DNA from: Promethearchaeota archaeon
Lineage (GTDB): Archaea; Asgardarchaeota; Lokiarchaeia; Sigyniarchaeales; SOKP01
Direction of reading: 5' to 3'
NCBI GenBank assembly: GCA_048941285.1
Contig: JBHLNS010000018.1
Coordinates: 1 to 52,450 of the forward strand
DNA length: 52,450 bases
A program made the position numbers and the translations under genes. The notes under the pieces are model-generated. The model had not been told where the DNA came from. It made no database searches and saw nothing but the letters and a program-made list of their open reading frames with translations. This document shows, piece after piece, positions 47,460 to 52,450 of this stretch. Numbering within the stretch: position 1 is the first letter of the stretch; every line of letters begins with the position of its first letter.

Positions 47460-49196
47460 TTACCTATTTCTTAGAGCCTTTTTATCAATCTTTCCAACTG
47501 CAGTGAGCGGAAGCTGATCTGAAATTTCAATAAATCTAGGTACTTTATATTTCGCGAGGTTTTCTTGAGCATACTTTAAAATATCTTGTCTTATTTCTTC
47601 ACCTGCTTCATATCCTTTTTTCAAAAGTACATATAATTTTACTAACTCAGATCCCGGGCGATTAGGGTCAGGAACCCCAATGCAGGAACATAGCTCGATA
47701 GCAGGATGCTTATTCATTTTATTATCGACTTCAACACTAAATACTTTATAACCTGAGACAATTATCATGTCTTTTGTGCGATCTACAATTTTTATATAGC
47801 CATCCTCATCCATTACACCTACATCTCCTGAATAAAACCATCCATCTTTAAGGGCTTTTTTAGTTTCTTCAGGTTTATTCCAATATCCCTTAAATATTTG
47901 AGGTCCTTTAATAACTATTTCACCAGGTTCGTTGATAGGAACTTCTTTGCTTTTATCAGAGACATTTACAAGTTTCACATCTGTGTTTGAAACTGGAATA
48001 CCAACAGTGCCTATTTTCCTTTTTCCTAGATATGGGTTAAGGGTTACTATGGGTGAGGCTTCTGTCATACCATATACTTCTAATAATTTATGTTTACCTA
48101 CAATATCCTCGAATTCCATTATACTTTCAGCAGGAAAAGGTGCAGCACCTGAAACATAGAGTTTAAAGGAACTTAAATCTGCTTTTTTAAATTTTCTATT
48201 TTTTAAAAGCATTAAATAAAGGGTAGGAACGTTTGCCATAAAGGTTGGATGATATTCAATAATTTTGTTTGCTATATAACTTACATCTCTAGGATCTGGA
48301 ATTAAAAGTTGAGTTGCAGCATAATGAACTGCCCCAAGATTGAAAAACATACCAGCTAAGTGGAATAGAGGAAATCCCGAAATAAAAATTTCTTTTCCTC
48401 TTATTACATCAATTTCCCATTGGTGTACTACTTGTTGGAGGTTAATTGTCTCATTTGCGTGAGTCAATATTGCTCCTTTAGGGGGTCCGGTAGTACCCCC
48501 AGTATATTGAAGAAACGCAATATCCTCATTAGGATTTATTTCAATTTCAGGAGATTTATCATCTGGATAGTTTGATAAGATCTCTTTAAATGTAAAAAAT
48601 TTTATTCCATCTAAAGGAAAAACTTCACCAAAGGGTACTTTTCCTATTTTTATTAATTGTTCTTTCATGGAAGGATCTATATCTAAGGTATCAGCAACAT
48701 TAGTAGTTATAACAAATTTAATATCAGTTTTTCCAGAGGAAAGTGCTTTTCGGACGCTTTGCTCATAAAAAGAATCTAATGTAACCAAAGCAACAGCTCC
48801 ACTATCTTTCAATTGATATATTATCTCATTAGGTTGTAATAGAAAATTCATGCCAGTAGATGTACCCCCCGCATAAAATGTTCCATACAATGCAATAATA
48901 TATTGGGGAATATTAGGCAAATGAATAGCAACTCTATCTCCTTTTTTCAAGCCATTCTGAAGAAAGAAGTTAGCAAAACAAATAACTTTCTTTTCAATTT
49001 CTTTATAAGTGTATTTAGTTCCTTGAAAATCGCAACATACATTATTTGGAAAGTCCTTCACGGTCCTTTTCATTGAATCTGCTAAAGAGATTATCTCAAA
49101 GTCAATCTCTGGCATTATATGATCATCGTATGATTTAATCCAAATTTTAGATGAATAAGGACTACTTTCTATCATTTTTTCTGTCATTTTGATCAA
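47460..49196 (-). CDS. Long-chain fatty acid--CoA ligase (AMP-binding)
   Basis: YTGGTTGPPKG, YGMTEASP, GWFYSGD, DRTKDMI, GKIDKK. Confidence 0.95.
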   Translation of the reverse strand: MIKMTEKMIESSPYSSKIWIKSYDDHIMPEIDFEIISLADSMKRTVKDFPNNVCCDFQGTKYTYKEIEKKVICFANFFLQNGLKKGDRVAIHLPNIPQYIIALYGTFYAGGTSTGMNFLLQPNEIIYQLKDSGAVALVTLDSFYEQSVRKALSSGKTDIKFVITTNVADTLDIDPSMKEQLIKIGKVPFGEVFPLDGIKFFTFKEILSNYPDDKSPEIEINPNEDIAFLQYTGGTTGPPKGAILTHANETINLQQVVHQWEIDVIRGKEIFISGFPLFHLAGMFFNLGAVHYAATQLLIPDPRDVSYIANKIIEYHPTFMANVPTLYLMLLKNRKFKKADLSSFKLYVSGAAPFPAESIMEFEDIVGKHKLLEVYGMTEASPIVTLNPYLGKRKIGTVGIPVSNTDVKLVNVSDKSKEVPINEPGEIVIKGPQIFKGYWNKPEETKKALKDGWFYSGDVGVMDEDGYIKIVDRTKDMIIVSGYKVFSVEVDNKMNKHPAIELCSCIGVPDPNRPGSELVKLYVLLKKGYEAGEEIRQDILKYAQENLAKYKVPRFIEISDQLPLTAVGKIDKKALRNR

Positions 49197-49363
49197 ATTA
49201 AAGATTTTTATTAATCAGATTTAACTAGATTTAATAGTATTCTTATTATCAGATCTATATTTAAAATTAATTATATAATTCTTTATAGGATTTGAAAAAG
49301 TTAGTTTTTTTACAGTATTGTATTAAATAGATTTCTTTATTCAGTTATTTTGATGGAACTACT

Positions 49364-50230
49364 ATGAAAGTATATTTTCGAGAACTGTCCATGGAAGACA
49401 TTCCCGCCATTAAAGATATTAGTAAAGATATTTGGGATGGTGACGATTATATCCCATATGTTATAGAAGATTGGCTTCAAGATAAAAAAAGCATGAATTA
49501 TGGTACCTTTAAGGATCAAGATAAAACAGAATTAATTGGATTTGGTAGAGTGAAGCTATATAATGATGATATAGCATGGTTGGAAGGAGGAAGGATAAAG
49601 GTATCATATCAAGGTCAAGGAATTGGGAAATTACAATTAGGTTATGCTTTAGAATATGCTGCTAAAGCTGGAGTAAAATTAGCTCAATACGATACGGCAT
49701 CTGATAATTTTGCATCAATCTCATTAGCTAATTATTATGGATTTAAACCAAAAAAGAGTATGGATCTTGTTATAGTAAATTTTGATGATATTAAACTACC
49801 TAAAAAGATAACTCCGAAGGTTGATAAACTTAAAGCTGTTGATGTAAAAGAGATTTATAAGGAGTTTGATATTGATCCTGGAGATGAGATATGTATTGGA
49901 TGGTCTTTTATCCCAATAAAATATATAACAGATGAACATGGCACTTGGATATATAATAAAGACGCAATTTTACATAAAATTGAATTTGGAAGTTCTTATG
50001 ATTATGAACTTCCACCAGAAAAGGAATTGTGGATGATTGTTTATGGAAAACCAGAAGCAGCACGAAATTTAATTCAATATACTATACAAAAAGAGCTTGA
50101 ATCTAAAGATACTAAAATTTTTGAAGTTTTTTGTAGACCTAATGTTGTAAATCTCCTAAAAGAAATGGGATTTAAATATTACAAGGATGAAAGATTTGGT
50201 GTTATTCTCTTTGAAAAAGCCCTTAATTGA
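49364..50230 (+). CDS. GNAT family N-acetyltransferase
   Basis: DIWDGDDY, AWLEGGRI..YQGQGIG, N.AS..L..YYGF. Confidence 0.88.
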   Translation: MKVYFRELSMEDIPAIKDISKDIWDGDDYIPYVIEDWLQDKKSMNYGTFKDQDKTELIGFGRVKLYNDDIAWLEGGRIKVSYQGQGIGKLQLGYALEYAAKAGVKLAQYDTASDNFASISLANYYGFKPKKSMDLVIVNFDDIKLPKKITPKVDKLKAVDVKEIYKEFDIDPGDEICIGWSFIPIKYITDEHGTWIYNKDAILHKIEFGSSYDYELPPEKELWMIVYGKPEAARNLIQYTIQKELESKDTKIFEVFCRPNVVNLLKEMGFKYYKDERFGVILFEKALN

Positions 50231-51054
50231 GAATATTCCTCCAATATTTGATTTGGGGGAATATATCCTTTTATTGTTTTTGGTCCCATAAAATATTTAG
50301 CGTTTGGTAATAGTTTAAAATAGAGGGCATTTTCTGGGCAATTTCGCAGACATCGAAAACATAAAATGCATTTTTTATTTTCAATGATAGGTTTAACCTT
50401 AAATATTATTGCGTTAGTAGGACATCCTTTCTCGCATGCTTTGCATTTTGTACATTTTCTAGGGTTATAGGCAATTAAATGACTTGCATATCTATATAAT
50501 GGTTTTTCTAACTTTTGGAAATACGCTCTAATAATTGGTCCTAAAAATGTTGGATTTGACCAGTCTAATACTCCCGATTCTCCTTTAATTAATACACCTA
50601 ACCTAATTCCGAATTGAATAATTTTATCTATTTTATTTCTTGGCCACTTAACATGTTTAAAAAAATTTAATTCGAATACAGAATCGCGTGTTGGAACTGT
50701 AACTTCAAGGGCACCTATAAATATATAATTTTTTTGTTCTAAGATTATTTTAATTTGTTTAATTGATGGACCTGGTAGTCCAGCATTAGTATCAAATAGG
50801 AAGAATTTAATCCTCTTTTTCAATATAGGAAGGTTTTTGACCCACTCAAGCATATTTAATGCAAATGTCATAGCATAAATAGGGGCACCAATACCCAAAA
50901 CTTCAATTTCTTTAAAATTAAGATTTTCGTTTTTAAGAGAGTTAAAAGGTATCAATTCTGGTTCAAACTTAGCTAATTTTAATCCATTTTTAATCAATTT
51001 TGCTACATACTTTGTGTTTCCAGAAGAAGAGAAATAAACTATTGGGATTTTCAT
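50179..51054 (-). CDS. EFR1-type flavodoxin-ferredoxin fusion
   Basis: YFSSSGNT flavodoxin motif; CTKCKAC..CP and CILCFRC..CP 4Fe-4S motifs. Confidence 0.9.
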   Translation of the reverse strand: MKIPIVYFSSSGNTKYVAKLIKNGLKLAKFEPELIPFNSLKNENLNFKEIEVLGIGAPIYAMTFALNMLEWVKNLPILKKRIKFFLFDTNAGLPGPSIKQIKIILEQKNYIFIGALEVTVPTRDSVFELNFFKHVKWPRNKIDKIIQFGIRLGVLIKGESGVLDWSNPTFLGPIIRAYFQKLEKPLYRYASHLIAYNPRKCTKCKACEKGCPTNAIIFKVKPIIENKKCILCFRCLRNCPENALYFKLLPNAKYFMGPKTIKGYIPPNQILEEYSQLRAFSKRITPNLSSL

Positions 51055-51193
51055 AGTTAAAATAGAAAAGTATAGAATGTATAAAATTTTTATGTAAATT
51101 TCTCCCTATTAAATGATCGTTTAGTATAAAACATTGGAAAAATAAATTCCCGATAACTTAAGATGTAAAAAAATAAAAAAGGATAAAAAAAAA

Positions 51194-51718
51194 TTATTGA
51201 CCTTCAATACTCATTTGGTATGATTGAGTCTTTTTACTTCCACAATGAATACAGTAGGCAACTCCTGTTTCTGATAAAGATTGAAGCATTGTGTCCGTAA
51301 ATTTACTACCACATTCACTACAAAAAGTAACTTCGGGTCGAACTTCTTGAATTATTTTTTGAATTGGTACTATTGGTTCTTCTTCTTTAACTTGAGGTGG
51401 TTGTTGCTCTATTGTTTGTTGTTCTTGAGGAGTAGCGCAGCATTTTTGTGGTTTAGGTTTTCCCGAGATTGCATAATATAATCCTTCAAATATTTTGTAA
51501 AATAGTAGGCCGATTCCTTTTAAAAGATAATATATTCCCTTAAATAAATAGTAAATTAAATATGCTACACCTTTTAAAATGTAATAAACTAAAATTACTG
51601 CTAGAACTAACACCGCAAAAACACCTATCAAGACAAGAACCTGCGCAAAGAGAGGTTGGGCCAAAAACCAATCAACAATTTCTTGCCAAGCGATACCAAA
51701 AACATTAATATCTACCAT
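51194..51718 (-). CDS. Membrane-anchored zinc-ribbon protein
   Basis: Long hydrophobic N-terminus, Gln/Pro linker, CSECG..CIHCG. Confidence 0.75.
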   Translation of the reverse strand: MVDINVFGIAWQEIVDWFLAQPLFAQVLVLIGVFAVLVLAVILVYYILKGVAYLIYYLFKGIYYLLKGIGLLFYKIFEGLYYAISGKPKPQKCCATPQEQQTIEQQPPQVKEEEPIVPIQKIIQEVRPEVTFCSECGSKFTDTMLQSLSETGVAYCIHCGSKKTQSYQMSIEGQ

Positions 51719-51835
51719 TTTTCTATCACTTCAATTATATTATTATTACTTAATTAGAGGAAGATTTCTGTTAAATTAAAAAAATTTGGAGTCCAATTTT
51801 TAAAATTAGTATAGAAGAAAATATTTTTCTTTAAA

Positions 51836-52450
51836 CTAGCTAGAAATTTCAGATGAACTTTTATTGAATTCATACATCATCTTAAATGCGATTAGAGCGT
51901 GTTTTATCCTACTCATTATTGGAATTGTAACTTCTGGATTAGATTTGGATTCTGTTTTTCTAAGAAATTCAAAAGTCCATCCGGAACCAAAGCACACGCA
52001 AACACATGGTTTATTAAATTTTTGTGTTAATAATTTAATGGTTTCGAATTGCTGAACTGCCCAATTTGTGGCCATTGTTCCCATCATTTGAAGTGGCCAT
52101 CGAGGGACTGAAAAGATATATAAAACACAATCTACATTTTTATCTTCGAAAATTGCATTTATAGTAGGAACGAATGTTTGAAATATAGAAGGGCCTAAAT
52201 CAATAGTGCCTTTAATTGAAACCCAATTTGGGATTACTGATTTAATAATAGAGATTGTATGGTCACTTAATTGCGCAAGATTAAGTCCTTGCTCTTCAAT
52301 CTGATCACAGGCTAACGCTCCGAGGCTTCCAGAACCCGTAATAATAGAAACTTTTTTGCCTGAAGGCAATGGTTGAGTGGCGAATACGTGTGCTACATTA
52401 AACATTTCGTAAAAATTGTTAACTCTAAAAATTCTAGGATTTTGTTTAAT
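51836..52450 (-). CDS. C-terminal part of an acyl-CoA synthetase (ADP-forming) alpha-like / CoA-binding protein, truncated by the window edge
   Basis: QPLPSGKKVSIITGSGSLGALACD, LAQLS, IDL, DKNVD; frame open to the window end. Confidence 0.8.
   Translation of the reverse strand: MKQNPRIFRVNNFYEMFNVAHVFATQPLPSGKKVSIITGSGSLGALACDQIEEQGLNLAQLSDHTISIIKSVIPNWVSIKGTIDLGPSIFQTFVPTINAIFEDKNVDCVLYIFSVPRWPLQMMGTMATNWAVQQFETIKLLTQKFNKPCVCVCFGSGWTFEFLRKTESKSNPEVTIPIMSRIKHALIAFKMMYEFNKSSSEISS

Noticed and set aside
50179-50230. 52 nt convergent overlap of the GNAT and flavodoxin-ferredoxin genes
   Set aside because: Short 3' overlaps are common in compact genomes and recur here (1970-1978, 39972-39989); no evidence of function
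567-52055. Many short ORFs nested in or antisense to long genes (e.g. 11507-11788, 24088-24429, 35483-35785, 42283-42555)
   Set aside because: Shadow frames of well-supported genes with no motifs of their own
1-52450. CRISPR array, rRNA, or intact transposase/integrase
   Set aside because: No regularly spaced direct repeats, no long GC-rich structural RNA and no intact recombinase ORF found; no att-like duplicate of the tRNA 3' end noticed

Overview
This is an AT-rich archaeal chromosomal window. Its gene content points to an Asgard archaeon of the Lokiarchaeia type: a Rag-like GTPase, a longin-Arf fusion, longin domains, an IPG-type C-terminal sorting signal, TATA-like promoters and an intron-containing tRNA (taxonomy is inferred, not searched). 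Left to right it holds a DUF4256 gene beside a probable TnsA-like remnant, two large surface proteins, hisS, and a corrinoid/homocysteine-methyltransferase/non-pyrrolysine MttB operon. Next come two ABC exporters (one permease fused to a CAAX-type protease), LsrF-like, MBL-fold and dehydrogenase genes, regulators, a tRNA-His(GTG) with two non-canonical introns, Hsp20 and an AAA+ ATPase. A signalling cluster, a GlcD/GlcF-like oxidoreductase pair and acyl-CoA genes follow. The best candidate for a new system is 36340-43379. There a longin/uDENN domain carrying an FLCN/SMCR8-like ARG arginine-finger motif is fused to PAS-GAF-PAS sensors. It is encoded next to a longin-Arf GTPase, a Rag-like GTPase, a second Arg-less longin protein and an orphan GAF histidine kinase. 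All family calls come from motif recognition by eye; no database searches were run.
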